Below are positions 15,101 to 29,117 of a DNA stretch of 64,000 bases, piece after piece. The notes under the pieces are model-generated. The model was given only the letters and a program-made list of their open reading frames with translations. It ran no database searches and had not been told where the DNA came from. Source of the stretch: Tubulanus polymorphus (taxonomy: Eukaryota > Animalia > Nemertea); assembly GCF_964204645.1 (NCBI RefSeq), contig NC_134035.1:9642451-9706450 (forward strand), written 5' to 3'. Positions within the stretch are counted from its first letter, which is position 1, and each line of letters begins with the position of its first letter. Both the position numbers and the translations under genes were made by a program.

Positions 15101-16733
15101 CAGGGTCTCGTTCCCCAAACGTTGAATCAAAGTTTTTCTAGCTAACTCCCTTCAAAAACAGTTCTTTCTTTGAGGCACATCGTCGATCATGAATGGATTG
15201 ATTTCTGTCTCCACATTGAAATACACAAGTCATAAGATCGATGACCACTTGATTTACTACTGTGCATAATTTGGCTATATAACAAAAAAGGTGATATATC
15301 TAGATCTATTCGGCTATCGCCACAAACCCAATCAAACCCACCACATACGCCTAAATCCCTCGTGCACACCAGATGATCGTGATCGTAGAATTCTGATTAC
15401 GTCTTAGAAATCCCAAGAACCCGCGCATAGTCACGAAAAATATACACGAAATCTAGACGACCAACGATATCCGATACGTATACGTGGTCGTGTCTGATGG
15501 CTTTAAAACAAGACCGCATCAGCAAGAGTGGCTTCCCAGAGTTCTCCGGAAGCTAGTGAATGTGAAAGTAGTGTTTATAATCTACCAAATTCATTTACGT
15601 TTTGAGCCGAAACTTGTCTTTAGATAGATCAATCACTAAATATTGAATAAAATTGCCATTGCCAAGAAAACACTTTCGTAGTGCTGCAAGCGCCTCGGGC
15701 CTCGCACTTCCAAAATGGGGGCTTTTTTATTCCTTTACCGGCCTTCAAAGATGTGGTCGTGCTAAACGTTATCATGAACCTGTCGAAGAACGCGGGCGAA
15801 AGCGTGATCATCAATGAACAAAATGAAACCCCACACGTTGAAACAAGATACGTAGATTGTTCGTTTTCGGAAATAATATAGATTTTAGGATAAGATATGT
15901 TCTTGTCTGTGGCTAGGCGTGAACGGCCCATGCCTTCGCTCGATAGAAATTATCTTTCAATTTTCTATGTGTCTTATCTATGAAACTGCGCGGCTTTTTC
16001 TGCGGATATCTTCCATATCCACGCTGTACAACGAAATAATCTATCGACAGCGCGCGTTACTCCCGAAATAAAAAAAAATAAGAATTGATCCAACTGTGAA
16101 ATTCAGAACACAGCGGCGGATGGAAATATAGCCAACTAATGGAGAATATAGATCGATGAATACGTCGGTGCTGAGGGGTATTAGCTGCGAAATGAAAGCC
16201 GAAAGTCGATGGATGGCAAGAAGGATCTTTCAACCTCGAAGCTGATCGGCGAATCGAATTATCTCAAGGTTCATCGGGAATGGTTTCAATGATGCGAAAT
16301 GTTTACATCTTAAGAAACCGTATCAGACGCGTGGCGCGTGTATATCGGCTGCAATGAGAGATGTATGAGAGATGTGGGCGGTAGGGTTTAGATTGTGGGT
16401 GCGGGATCAAACCCTGCCTCTGTCTCAACTCAGGAGTATCTGATAGATGACTCCAGCTGGAACCGCTTCTCCCCGGGAGAGAGTGTTACATACAAAGGCC
16501 AGCCATGGCTCAGAAAAGACCATCCTCTCCGGCAGGGATTCGAACCTGATGGCCTCAATACTCGCCATGGTACGAAATCCTGCCAAACTGCCTGCGCAGG
16601 TACACGTGCAGCTTAGATGATGTCATTGTTAGCCAATCAGATTTTCCGTTTTAATTTATCCCCGGGTTTTCCCATTTATAGTTCTTCCGTGAAATTTGCC
16701 TCAGCGATTATACAACAAGCAATCCGATTGGTG

Positions 16734-16854
16734 TAGAGAGAATCCCACAATTATAACGAAAAAGTCCGAAAATGAAACTTCGAGATAGTAGTTTATTTCA
16801 ACGTATCGACTATATCCTAATAGTCATCTTCAGGAATAATGAGATATTACAAAA

Positions 16855-16928
<74 letters not shown>

Positions 16929-17045
16929 ATAATCGATACGTTGAAATAAACTACTATCTCGAAGTTTCATTTTCGGACTTTTTCGTTATAATTGTGGGAT
17001 TCTCTCTACATCGCATCAACACGGATATAGCGTTCTATCAATCGT
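16734..17045. mobile_element. Penelope-like fold-back insertion (inverted plus direct 3' fragment around (TA)n) with hammerhead motif
   Basis: Perfect 78-bp inverted repeat 16732-16809/16933-17010. TSD aatccgattggtg (16721-16733)/aatccgattgatg (17046-17058). Family tail attgtgggattctct...caacacggatatag. Confidence 0.75.
16800..16833 (-). ncRNA. Minimal type-I hammerhead ribozyme motif, degenerate (GAAA->GATA)
   Basis: Reverse complement: CTGAAGA T GACTAT taggat ATAGTC GATAC GTT. Confidence 0.6.
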
Positions 17046-18801
17046 AATCCGATTGATGCCACACGTTTTCGTGCGGCAAACCTGCGCATGTACCTGCGCA
17101 CCCGGTCTAATGCAGCAGGGTTTCGTGCCATGGCTGAGTCCAGCGATGCCATCAGGTTCGAACCCCTACCTGGGTAGGATGAGATACGATCAATCAAAGA
17201 CACACTTAGTCATAGAATCGTTGGACATAAATTACGGATGTGCCCTAGGCCTTTATAGATATAGGACTTAGATGATAATATCTATGAGTGCCACTAATCA
17301 CAATCAATGCGCATATTGACATATACTTAAATAATCTGTGAAATGATACGCGATCAAAAGAATCAATAAAGTATGAATGCAGGTTTCCATTAGAACATTA
17401 TAACCTCTACAATTGATTTCAATCGTTACATTAGAATTTCTGTGATAATGCGTCCATTCCATCGAAAACATTTAAATCGGGTTTTAATGAATTCTAAATG
17501 AAGCAAAACTATAACGCGTCGATACTCGAAGAACGGATAAAATCATTACCGTTCAGTAATTGTATACGTTTTACTTCAAATAGCATCATCGGTGAATAAA
17601 CGAGCGAAATCAGAATAAATAGATGAAGCATCGATTTTTGAAGAACGACAATAAGATATTGCATAAGTATTTATACTGTGACGTGATGTCAAAAATAAAT
17701 GGGTAAATTTGTAGCTGTGACGAGCGCTAAGCGCTTCATAAGTCGATAGTCGTTGTACCGTCGGATTACACGTCATTTGGTATCATATTGATTTCGTATA
17801 TCGACGTTATTGATGTTAGTGTCGTTATTACATTCATAAATTCCGAAATCGTTCAAGTTTTGGCTACCGGGTAAATATACGTATATACGCGTACACAAGC
17901 GAGGTCCAGCGGCCCGGGGCCGGTCTAACGTAAACACAATTTGCGGCCGAAGAAGAGACAGAGATAGTAGCGACGCCTGAGGTTGTAGTACATTTCGCCT
18001 GTTGTGGTAGCGTGGAATTTCTAGTATCAATACCAACAATGGATCGACGGCTCGCCGCGCGCGGTGTCTATATGAAATGATGAATTAATATGAAAGATGA
18101 CCTAATCAGGTGAATCAGAAGACTGCGATATTGACAGTGAACGGTGTTTGTAATGCTGCCCACGTCCTTCCTTCGCAGACGACGAAGCGATTAGCCGTGG
18201 AAATCAGAAACCGATCTATTCCACTCACCCTAAAGTTCTTTTTTTAGAAGCTGTTATTATACACGATATTCCGCTGTAATGATATATTGCGCGACGTCGC
18301 TACTCTCCGATAACAGCGAAAGTTATGCAATTAAACCGAAAGGTTACCTACCAATCCTTCCGAACAAAAAGGATTCATCAGTTTTAAATAAAGTTCGTGC
18401 GATGAAATAGCACTTGGTACAATATAGTGTTTCAATAACACCGGGCCCGTGCCGAGGGGCACTCGTTACACCCGAACACCCGGGGTGTACGGTTGAGCGA
18501 ACGAACCCTCTAAAATTCAAACTGCCCTTCAAAAAGTCAATGTCGACAAATTTAGGTCAAGACTTTTCGAAATTAGGATACAATTTTCATGTTTTTTGGG
18601 GGTAATATGAAAAGTCATCCATTGTAAAATGATTTATCCACTGGTACCCGGGCACTTCCTGTCTTTTTCAGGGTGAAAGCGCTCCTTTTTCTTGAAAAAA
18701 AAACTTCCCCTCAAGAAAGCTCGACACGGACCTGAACACCATTCTACGTAATGAGTCGAGAAATGAGAGAGAAATCCCACAATCCCACATTTCCAGTGCG
18801 C

Positions 18802-18835
18802 CTGATGATAGCTAATGGTATTTAGCCGAAACGTT
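18802..18835 (+). ncRNA. Minimal hammerhead ribozyme motif in a Penelope-like remnant (~18765-18910)
   Basis: CTGATGA TA GCTAA tggtat TTAGC C GAAAC GTT, flanked by family motifs aatcccacaat / ttgggaattctctc. Confidence 0.6.
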
Positions 18836-20329
18836 GTTCGAAATATAATCATTTCAATATAGAACTATTCATTTTGGGAATTCTCTCGTCATTCTACGAA
18901 TAGATATTACAGAACTTTTTTGTTCTCGTTATTATCACGAGAAGTTTCTTACACGTTGACTTCCGCACATTGATAGTTCACGCGTATACAAACATCCCTC
19001 TTCTTGATTTACGATAGAGACACGTCTATTCAGAACAGCCAACAAACAACAATAAATTCTCACGGGTCCCTTATGAAAATCATCTTACGCTAAAAACGAG
19101 TGCGCTGAAAGTGGATACGTTTACGAGCTGAAATATGGTAAATTCGCGGTTACGTATACACCTCTGTCAAAGAGCCACCGCACACAAGCCGCTGCGATGG
19201 TATTCAAGGCTGTTTTTCTATACGGCTGCGCACGGCGCGGTGTTGGCGGGGCTCGAGGGTATGATCGCGATCTTCAGAAAAATAGAAATATTGACTCAAG
19301 TAACGGAGATCGACGAGTACAAACAACAATCCAATACAGTATATTCATTCACTGTATACTACAAAAATAACTGATGATATAAAGTATGGCGTGATATGTT
19401 GTTTTTATTTTTTCATTGAGTGAAAGCCGTTGGTGGGATAAAATCTGTGCGACGCGCCGACGTTGTCGCAACATGATGCTTCGCACCATCTGGAATTCAA
19501 GTCTATCTGTTCCAGACTGACTAAGGCTGACCGTTAAAAATATTCTGTCCTATTGAAACCTCAGTAGAATATAGTCACAATCGTACTGAACGAATAGATG
19601 ATAAAATCAAAGCCGGATTTTTAAAAAAGATTTTGCTGATTATATTTGGTTTGATTCACTGAAGATGTACGTATTGGCCTTGTATCTGACGCCATTAAAA
19701 CCGTTGAAAATTTGTTTAACAGATTGATTACCACGTGCCATACAGTATTTTGTACTTGAGTATTATGTACATCTGTTGCATCCTAAAAAATGTATTTTTG
19801 ATATGCACTACGACATCTCGGTGTGCACAACTGCGTCATCAATATGGACATTTCAAAATTTCAATTATGAATATTGACGGTTATTTTCTATCTAAGGAAT
19901 CTTTAATGTATTTCTTATAATGAATTTTAAGGGAAATTAAGTATTGCGTGAGTGAATAGGCATTACGTCATCGTTCTTGAGGCTTGACTGGTTGCCGCTC
20001 AATTCAATTCAATATATTCAATTTAATCAAATAACTTAATTGATCCTTAATATCACATCACCTATATCCCATCACTCATTGTCGAATATGCATGCTATTC
20101 CCCAAGGCGCCAAAAAAAACTTTATAAAGTTAGTTTTCTTTTTTAGGTTAGTTAGTTTTCTTTTTCATTGTGGAAACAAACTGCCATGTCAACTGACCAG
20201 ACGAACGCTTATTTGCATATATAACAAACCAGACGAAGAAATATGATATCATCACATCTTCAAGATGAAAAGCCTTCGATATACATAGCTGTCTATATCA
20301 TATTCTTTTGATATCGTAACCGTATCCGC

Positions 20330-20332
<3 letters not shown>

Positions 20333-20406
<74 letters not shown>
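20333..20406. repeat. (TA)n microsatellite; others at 16859-16925, ~34089-34126 and ~41232-41256
   Basis: Directly visible. Confidence 0.95.
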
Positions 20407-20407
<1 letters not shown>

Positions 20408-21730
20408 TTACATATTATACTTCCACCAGGTATCAACTGGTGGTTCAGCGGTGTACGGCTACGGGTAATTAAGATGAAAGCTATATATGCAAGAAAACAA
20501 GAAAAAAAATCGACCCAGAAGGAAGCCAACAAGCGTATAAATAATGCATTAGCATTCTGATTTATTCGCACAGTTGATATGACCTTGAATGAATTAATAG
20601 GTGCATTCTCCAGTTTCATCATCACAGCTCATTGATATATCACCCTCGTCCAAATTCAGGACGGATGTCATTAAACTTCATTGTGTCGTACGCTTTAAAA
20701 AACTCAGTAAGGAACAGTTTGCCCCCTCACAATATTTTCAGACAGAAGAACTCTCTGTTTACAGGTTTTCTGTGCAACCACAATTTGTTAATTAGAAAGC
20801 AGGGAAATATCTCATTAGGATGTTTAGCGATAGAAAGCGGTTTCTTATATACATATATTAATATTGCGAATGTCATACAAGTTGTATTTGACAGCTAAAG
20901 ATCAATATCGCATCAAAGGGCAAAGAGAACAGTCTTTTTTCAATAATGAATTATAATAAAGTTTATTTATATACCACTCTCCACTGCGTATTAGAGCTGT
21001 TAACATGAAATAGATCATATTACATTTCGATAAAATCTTGTTTATAAAGGTGTAAGTTTTCACACCGGATTCGAACGAAAATCGACAAGATCTATCGAAC
21101 GAAATTCGGTGTGAAGAGTTCAATGCTGATCTCGCGCTTTCGCGGTGACGTTTTTGTGACGCTATGCCAGCAAAAAAAAACGGGCGGATGACGTCTGCAA
21201 TAACCGCAGCCTTTGCTATCATCAGATTTCATTATCAATATATGGTATTCTATACCCGACCGTCGCCGTCGTCGTCGGCGCTGGGGAAACAAGAGATGGA
21301 AATCGAAGCGAGCTTGTAATCGAAACTGCGACATGTCCTAAAAATGCCCCGGTTTTATACACGAGGAAGGAGTATATGCGCGGAGAATTTATCCGACGAA
21401 TATAATCGACCCCTGCCGAATATGAAACGTGTTGTGTGCGGTAAAAAGTCCGACCGCTTAGATGGCACTTTTGTAGCGGAAACCAGGACATGACGACAGT
21501 AGCCTTTAACAGGAGGGATGATGATTCTTGCATTCATATCTATTTTTTTTACGCAAATAAGTTTTCGCATTTCAAACTGAAAATTGGAGGATGATTTTTT
21601 TTTCACAAAACCAAAGCCGTATATCCATAAGACTGTTCATCGTCGCAGATTCCGTTCAAAAATGCAAAAATGGTTGCCGTTGCCAAACGAAAAATGCATT
21701 GAAACTATACACGTTCATTCAGTGATTGGA

Positions 21731-21917
21731 AAATCCCACAACAATGTGTGAACGAATCTAAAAACTTTATTTAAAAAGTAGAAATAGGTGGTTCCTACCA
21801 GCACCCATCTTCAGTCTAAAATGGAAGTTTTAGACTGGCGAAGGGTGGTAGCAACTACCCGAAATATTTCTGATTTTTAAGTAAACTTTTTAGATTCGTT
21901 CACACATTGTGAGATTT
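21731..21917. mobile_element. Related fold-back Penelope-like remnant with degenerate hammerhead (21835-21868, +) and a partial inverted copy
   Basis: Inverted arms caatgtgtgaacgaatctaaaaa / tttttagattcgttcacacattg. Core CTGGCGA A GGGTGG tagcaa CTACCC GAAA TATT; TCTTCAG at 21808-21814. Confidence 0.55.
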
Positions 21918-22573
21918 TTTTTTCTCATCGAGTCTTATCACGGATATTGTGCTTCTTAACTGATTCAAAGTTCATTTGGAAATCGTCGCAGAAGATGCGA
22001 GACTATTTTCGCGGAATTACATCTACGATAGGTGTCCAGATATAGTTTAATACCGAAAGCAAAGCAGCTATCGAAATATTCATCTTGTGGAATTCCTGAC
22101 TTCGATAATAGCACTCGGTCTAATTCGTGATGTCCACGTCTGTTAAGTCAATTAACAAAGCGGGCGAAGAGAAAAGGTCTATAGGAAGCACTTATGTCGA
22201 TGGATTGTTTACAATGTAAACTATACGCATCCATTCGCGAACGTTAATACAGCTAACTGATTGGTATGATAATCCAGGTAGTTCTCTCCCATCTCGCTGG
22301 ATATTATAGTCGAACCTCCATCATCTCTTCTGCCGTTATAGCTCACCGCTTTCAGAGAGTGAACTTTCCCGACGTTAAAATGTCATGACTTTCAGCTATC
22401 AATCCCCGGACTCTAAATATAGCCTTCAAACAGCGATACATCAAAATGCCTTGTTTGATTGTTATTAGCATCGCTTAGTGTTTGATAATAGATGTGGGTG
22501 TGGATTCGAAAGATGTGGATTCAATCTACCGATTTTGTTCATCTACACGCGTAACTTCAATTATATTGACATT

Positions 22574-23150
22574 GAAATCGAGCGCATGTTTTTACCGTGC
22601 TGTGCCTAGTCCATCAATGTCCTTTATATCTAGGGAATACAGCAAATGGCATTGCTAGCCAAACTGCCCACCGAGCAGGACTTATCTACAAGCTGTGTTT
22701 GGTGCCCACCATCGAAGGCTTTGTCGTGAAATCGAGCGCATAGTTTTGTTGTGCTGTCTAGTCCATCAATGTCGTTTATTTCGAGAAGATAAGAAGAATG
22801 GCATCGCTAGCCAAACTGCCCACCGAACAGGACTTATTTACAAGCTGTGTTTGGTGCCCACCATCGAGGGGTTTGTCGTGAAATCGAGCGCATGTTTTTG
22901 TTGTACTGTTCCTGGTCTATCAATGTCGTTTATTTCGAGGAAATACGAAGAATTGCATCGCTAGCCAAACTGTCTGACTTATTGATACAAGCTATGGTGG
23001 CTGCGGAACATTGAGGCCTTCGTGAAGAAATTGAGAGCATGTTTTTGTTGTGCCGTGGCTTTCCATCCTGCCGCTTATTTTGCGGGAAGGAATGGCATCG
23101 TTGGCCAAACTAAACTTCACGATGAGCATGAATTACAAGCTGTGGTGGGT
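22574..23150. repeat. Diverged ~150-bp tandem repeat, ~4 units
   Basis: gaaatcgagcgcat recurs at 22574, 22728, 22880 and (diverged) 23027, with tggcat.gctagccaaactg and acaagctg in each unit. Confidence 0.85.
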
Positions 23151-26100
23151 GACACTAGTATCGGTTTGATCGGTGACAGGGGTTAGGATGACAGACCAAC
23201 ATGGTCTGTTGTCGAACATGAAGGTACTGTCGGTCCATATATATCCTTGGAGTAATTAAGTATGATTACTCCAAAGTCCATCTTAATGTCATTCAATTCA
23301 TGATAAATCTGGTTTTGTCTACGGTCTACAAACTGGTATCCATTATTACTTCCACCAAGGTTCAGTTTTATATAGGGTTGGTATAATTGCGCTCATCAAA
23401 CCTCTGGACTTGTTTACGAAGGTTTTTCCCTTACGAAAGCGGAAATAGGAGTCGAATTGTTACCCGATAGCGGAAATGGACTCGCGACTAATATCTATTA
23501 GCGCGGAACTCGCACGTACGGAAAACATAGTTCAGATTAATACAATAAGACCTGCATTAAACTACACTGCCATATACTTCACAGTCCTGTATCTAATGGC
23601 TACTCCTACGGGAGACATTTACTGGTGCGCACTTGACAACTAAGATCATTCTGATTGACAAAGTAAAGTGAACGAAGAGCAACTCTAATGGCAACCGACC
23701 GACGTGAGCCCTGGGGGAAAGGCTAAAAATGAACGATCTTGTTCAACTGGATAATCGAACGCATCAGCGCTGATTTCAATCTGAGAGGCAGCTGATGCCG
23801 GTCGCCGTGTGTGAAGACCGCAACACGACGTGTTGCGAAACGACGGGGATACAAGGAAAAAGCATCCTCGCTTGCCAGGGGTCCGGTATCGCTCCCCGAA
23901 CTCGCTTCCACCAGCCCCCTGGCCTCACGACGCGTGATTTCATTACTGGTACATATCATAACAACGATGATTTGTCAATCTTGCGAAAATACTTCCATGT
24001 TTGCTAAAAATGTTCGCTGATTGGTCCATTTAACCGGAAATTCAACAGAAGCCTAATGTCGTTTTTTAAAATCATTATGATTGGCCCGACTGGATTCTGG
24101 TCAGCTAGTAACGACTCCAGCGAGTCGCTAGGGCAAGGGGTTCGGGGAACGGTTTTAGCTCAGTGTGAGTTCGAATCCCTTGACGGGCGGAGATGGGAGC
24201 GGAATTTTGGAGAAGAATTGCTGAATTTCAGCTGAAACGTCTCCCGATAAGTGACGTCACAGTTGTTCGAGCGCCGATCCTTCCGTGACCATGAGATATG
24301 AACGTCACTTAGTAATTTCCACATGCGTCATATCATATTGACCGCTAACTTTGTTTCTTTTTTACGCTGTCAAAAGTCAATATGATACGCTTAAAGCCAA
24401 CGTCCAATCGTATTGCTGGATATCTTCAATTCAATCCGCAAATATCAGCGAAGATATGGTCGAGAAATAATCCGCGATCTGACGGTAAATTAATCGGACA
24501 TTAGACCCTCGTCAAAGCGTGATTCCGATGAATATTTATAGATTATTAATCAACGGTGATTATTTTGTTTTGCGTTCAGCTGTTGTTGAAGCGGGTTTTA
24601 GCTCAATAGGAATGACAACATGTTACTGTAAACATCAGCTTTGATCCACGGGTCACTAGAGTGCAATTTGAAATCTGTCACCGACGAAAATGACACATTT
24701 CACGATGTACTCCTAAACCCAGATAAAGATAATTCCGAACACAGTAGTACTTATAGATATCTTTACTTGTATATGTCCTGACAGATTTATTGTCCTTTTG
24801 CAAAGGTCTTTTACACAACTTGTGAAAAAGGTCTGACTGTATATGATCTGACTGTATGATTCGACGTGTCCGACGTTAAAGGTCAGATAGAAGCTGCCAG
24901 TCGCTCGTCTCGTCACAATCCAGGGTTTATGGGTTCGGAACCCGTTGGCGACGGGGTTTCTAAGTCGAAGGTTCTTCTTCGCCGGGCTCTCTCCCCTTGA
25001 AGGGTGAAGAAATGTGTTAACACCCACTGCAATATGGTTAGTATTTGGGAACCTATATCCGGACGACGTCAAGCAAAAACAAAATACTCAGAACTTTTGT
25101 GAACTTGGCCTCATTGTGGCCGCGGTATTGGATACTCATTCCCTATCCATATAAAAACATTCAATAAAAAATGGATTGATAATAATCTATGCTATACAAA
25201 GAGCGCGCGTAAGCCAGGTTTAATTCAAACACAAATAGAACCGACTCGAAACGATTTATCGGGGTTTCATAATTGCGTTCGGCGAACGCTTTTGATCTAT
25301 ACAGAGATCAAACTCTTCTCTTTGAAAACGTGATCTGATTAGAAGATCGCCCGGTTTTTGTCGTGTCTCTTGGATTTTTTCTACGTTGTTCGATCGTGGC
25401 TGTAATCACGGCCACGTGTGTATGTGTGTGCATCTGTATACTGTGCGTAGGTAGGTATAGATGATTCTGCTCCGCTTCAAATTGGAATTAGTCGGAGACC
25501 CGAGGATCAAAGGATTTGCATTGATTTCGTCGAAAACGATAAGATATTCGCAAACACCTGTTAGTGTCTGGCGGCGAATTCTCGACGAAATCGAATATGA
25601 CATTGAATTGATAAATGAGAGATTTTTTTAATAGACACGTTAGATAAGATGAAAGAAATACATGTATAGCTATAACGTATTGGACGTACTGTGACTTAAC
25701 TTTAGTTAGGTGATTGTACTTAACGTCCAATGTGACGCGCAGTGACATCAGACGTGTTAATTGTAACTGCAACTGTAACTGTAATTGTTAACAATTTATT
25801 TTCTTTATACAACGCGATATCTTCGCAGTTATCTCTGCACTTCGCTTAAGATAGGAAAATAAATGCAATCATCAGTGAAATATTCGACATAAAGGTTACG
25901 GAAAATTGTCAATTTACTAAAAACATTATCAAGACAAATCTAGGTTCGTTTAAAAGGATAATTTTTCACCGAAACCTAGATCTAACATGACTATAGGCAG
26001 AAAATTCCAACGTGCGAGAGCAACAAATCTAAAAGCTCAGCAAAATTTCTACGTATTCTAGGTTTCACAGTTACCTGTTACCTCTATAGTGGAAGAAAAT

Positions 26101-27847
26101 CGGAAAAAAACTGGAAACTAGAATCATGATTCATCAAAAGCACCGCAATTAACCCGCGTAGAAATAGGCTATTTATGGGCAGATTCTTGACTTAGGAGCC
26201 AAGGAAATGAATACATTCTGATTGGTGACTTTTATGTATCATGATAGTCCAACAAGCGGAGTGAAGGCCTGATGTACGGCTTTGTAAATGAGTAATGAAA
26301 ACAATGGCCATAATTTCCGTTTCGTGACAATCGCAACACTAAAATAAAGAACAGCTGATCGAATCTGCACTAATTAAAATGAGAAAACGCGTGGTAAACA
26401 ACAATGAATTACCCGACGATATTCTACGTGCTTTATCTGATGGCGCTTCTCACGTTCTTCGATATGCCCAATTTTCTACGCCAGCAACCTTATAACCGCA
26501 CTTGATTAAAATGTTTCAATCCACCATCAAACAGACCGAGCGAGCGAGCGAACTGCGTGTCTCGGCGTCACATCAAACGAAACGCCGGCGCCCGCGTCGT
26601 TTCGCCGCCGAGAGAACATCTCACGGACCGGCGCGGAGAACTCCCGCGGTCGACGGTAAAAAGATGAAGATTAATAGAGAAGCCAAACGCCGGGTTTTAT
26701 TCGCGTTCGTGTCGGGGAAACATAGCTACGTGACTGGCGTGCGAAATAACGCGTAAAGTCGGGGATGAGAGGTATATACGTATCAACAATCTGATTCGGA
26801 ATAAGGGGAAAAACGAAGGTTAACAGTTTTACAGTCATCGTATTGTTCTGCATACGTGGCACGTGAGGTCAACGCGTTCAATAGAGTCGCGAATCCAGTA
26901 AAACTATATACATCGCTATAAAAGTCATAAAATTCGGTAAATCCTTGATTTAATGGTGATGCATATTATCGCGCCGAGTTATTTTCCGACGCAACAGTAG
27001 AAACGGTAATATTCCTAAAAGTCTCTTCCACTTAAGCTTCATAAATTATTACTGAAATCTCGTATAGGCCATTCAGACTGTTTCGATACTAATGGCTCCA
27101 CGGGTCTAATTCTAATTCAACAGAAAACTGTTTAATTGATCGGGTTTGTTTTTACATTCCTTTTTATCAATATTCTCAATCAGTTTTACGTTAAAATTAC
27201 TACGTCACGTCGAGTTTGATAATTGAATAATTGATAAAACGCTAATTCCGATTCGGTTGTTGGCGCCGACGCGAGTTGCGGGAACGGGTTCATCCAAGTC
27301 CAGTATTTAATGACATACCGCACTATCAAGTCTCAATGATCTTCAAGAGAGTAACGTGTTAATTATTCATACATCGAAACAGCTGTTCAGAGGAACCTGA
27401 CGAGTGTGCACGGGGGGAAAACAATGATCAAGTGGTGCCGATGAAAACTGAGACTGACGATTTTTAAATGCGGTGGATGATTTCGAATTTTTAATGATGG
27501 CACGTTTTCGGACTATAACCAGCTGTTTAGTAGGATACAGAACGGAAAAAACGGGGAACGAGACCATTTTTTATAGAATTAAAGCCCTTTTTCGATATTA
27601 TAGTTATCTCGACGGTTCCCACGATCGTTAGTTTTTAGGGCGTAAGCTAAGGCTTAACTTGAACATCGAGCCCCTTAGGGTTTTTCCTAAGGTTGAACGA
27701 ATAAATGGATTACCGTAAGTCCTGCATGCGTGAAACACCGTTTGTTTGTTTACTTAATCTTAAGAGAATTCAACATCTGAGATAATAAATGAATTGATGA
27801 TGTTGTTTTTGTTGTTGTTGGTGAATAAATAGAAATCATCGTCTTAC

Positions 27848-28159
27848 CTTAGTATCGTTCCATTTCATCCTGAGTCTATATTCGGGTAGAATCGAATCGT
27901 CTTCGTTGACGTGTTTCATCGCTAGTTTGGCGGCCGGCAAAACGCCGCGACCGAGAGCGCCTTCCGTTTGGTTTTCGCCGAGCGGGAAAAATCCGGCTAT
28001 GTATAAATCCGTTTTGTTGCCGGTCCGTGAGAACTCGGTGGGCTGCGGGGGGTCCTGCACCGACCGCACGAGCGCGACCAGCACCGACACCGTTAAGGCA
28101 AATAGTTGTCCACCGTTGGATAATCCGCCGACTGTTAACGCAGTCATTTTTAACTTCAT
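27848..28159 (-). CDS. GABBR2: First coding exon of a GABA-B receptor subunit 2-like class C GPCR (signal peptide plus start of Venus-flytrap domain)
   Basis: Translation MKLKMTALTV...LFALTVSVLVALVRS...DLYIAGFFPLGENQTEGALGRGVLPAAKLAMKHVNEDDSILPEYRLRMKWNDTK matches the invertebrate GABA-B R2 N-terminus as I recall it (YIAGFFP...GRGVxPxxKLAxxHVNE...ILxxYRLxMxWNDT). Hydrophobic signal-like stretch, in-frame TAG just before ATG, and a canonical phase-0 donor AAG|GTAAGA at 27848/27847. Confidence 0.85.
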
Positions 28160-29117
28160 CTAGTTACCAGAAGTTTTCGACTCGAGAAATTGTTTGTCCA
28201 CCATTTTTGACTCGGGAACAACAACCCCCTCGCGAGTAACCCGACGCAACTTTCATTTTTATCATCAAATTCACTTTATGAGACGTAAGTTTGTATTGAT
28301 TTGTTAGTAATGTACACGAACTAAAATTGCTTACTTTGATCTGCGTCAATTATGGAGAAATGTGGTTCCTTGCGCACGTCACTTCGCAGAAACATCGAAT
28401 CAGCCAGCCACGCGTCTTAATACCTTTTAAAGATCTCGGCTTTTAAGTTTCCGTCGGATTTGTAAAGCGGTAACGCCACAATGAAATCTTTGTTTCGGTG
28501 GTAGCGACACACGCTATCGATTTGCGATATCGCGGCGCGATTTTAATCAAGAAAGTAAAATGTCAAATCTCTCTTTGACTCCGTTTGACGGTAAGCCGAT
28601 TACTGAGTGTTTTTAGCGAGTCTCCGTCATCGCCGATCAAAAATATCACTTCGAAAACAGACTACAAAGCTACGAAATAGTTTTACCCTTTGAAAGCCGC
28701 CCGATTTTTACCATAATTACACGAGCCACTCCGTGGTCGTCGATCGAAGATACGTTGCCTTTCAGGCGTTTTCGGATAAACGGCTTATTCGTTATGACGC
28801 AAGGCCGACAGAATTTTGTGACTGTTTTAATACGTTAAAAGCCACTTTCTAGAAATACCGAGTTGACTTTACAACGTTGCTGGTTTTTGATTTGGAAGTT
28901 GAAATCGCCGCTACTTACCGCGTTTAATCATCATTTAGTATTTCTCCATTCTCAGCAGATGAATATGTTCATTTAACCTGCCATACGCGCACAGACAGCG
29001 AATACCTGCTGACTTCTGAAACCAATAAGGCATCGGTATCATATTAACTCGATAATATCATATACATAATAGTAGAATAGCCTGCTCACTCTGACCTGGA
29101 GAATGGGAGGTTAGATC

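Larger units (their letters stand above)
16521..17181. mobile_element. Second copy of the CATCCTC-TIR MITE, interrupted by the Penelope-like fold-back
   Basis: Colinear with 39389-39728 once 16734-17058 is removed. Confidence 0.85.

Noticed and set aside
27906-28239. Plus-strand ORFs overlapping the GABA-B exon
   Set aside because: Antisense shadows of a GC-rich exon.
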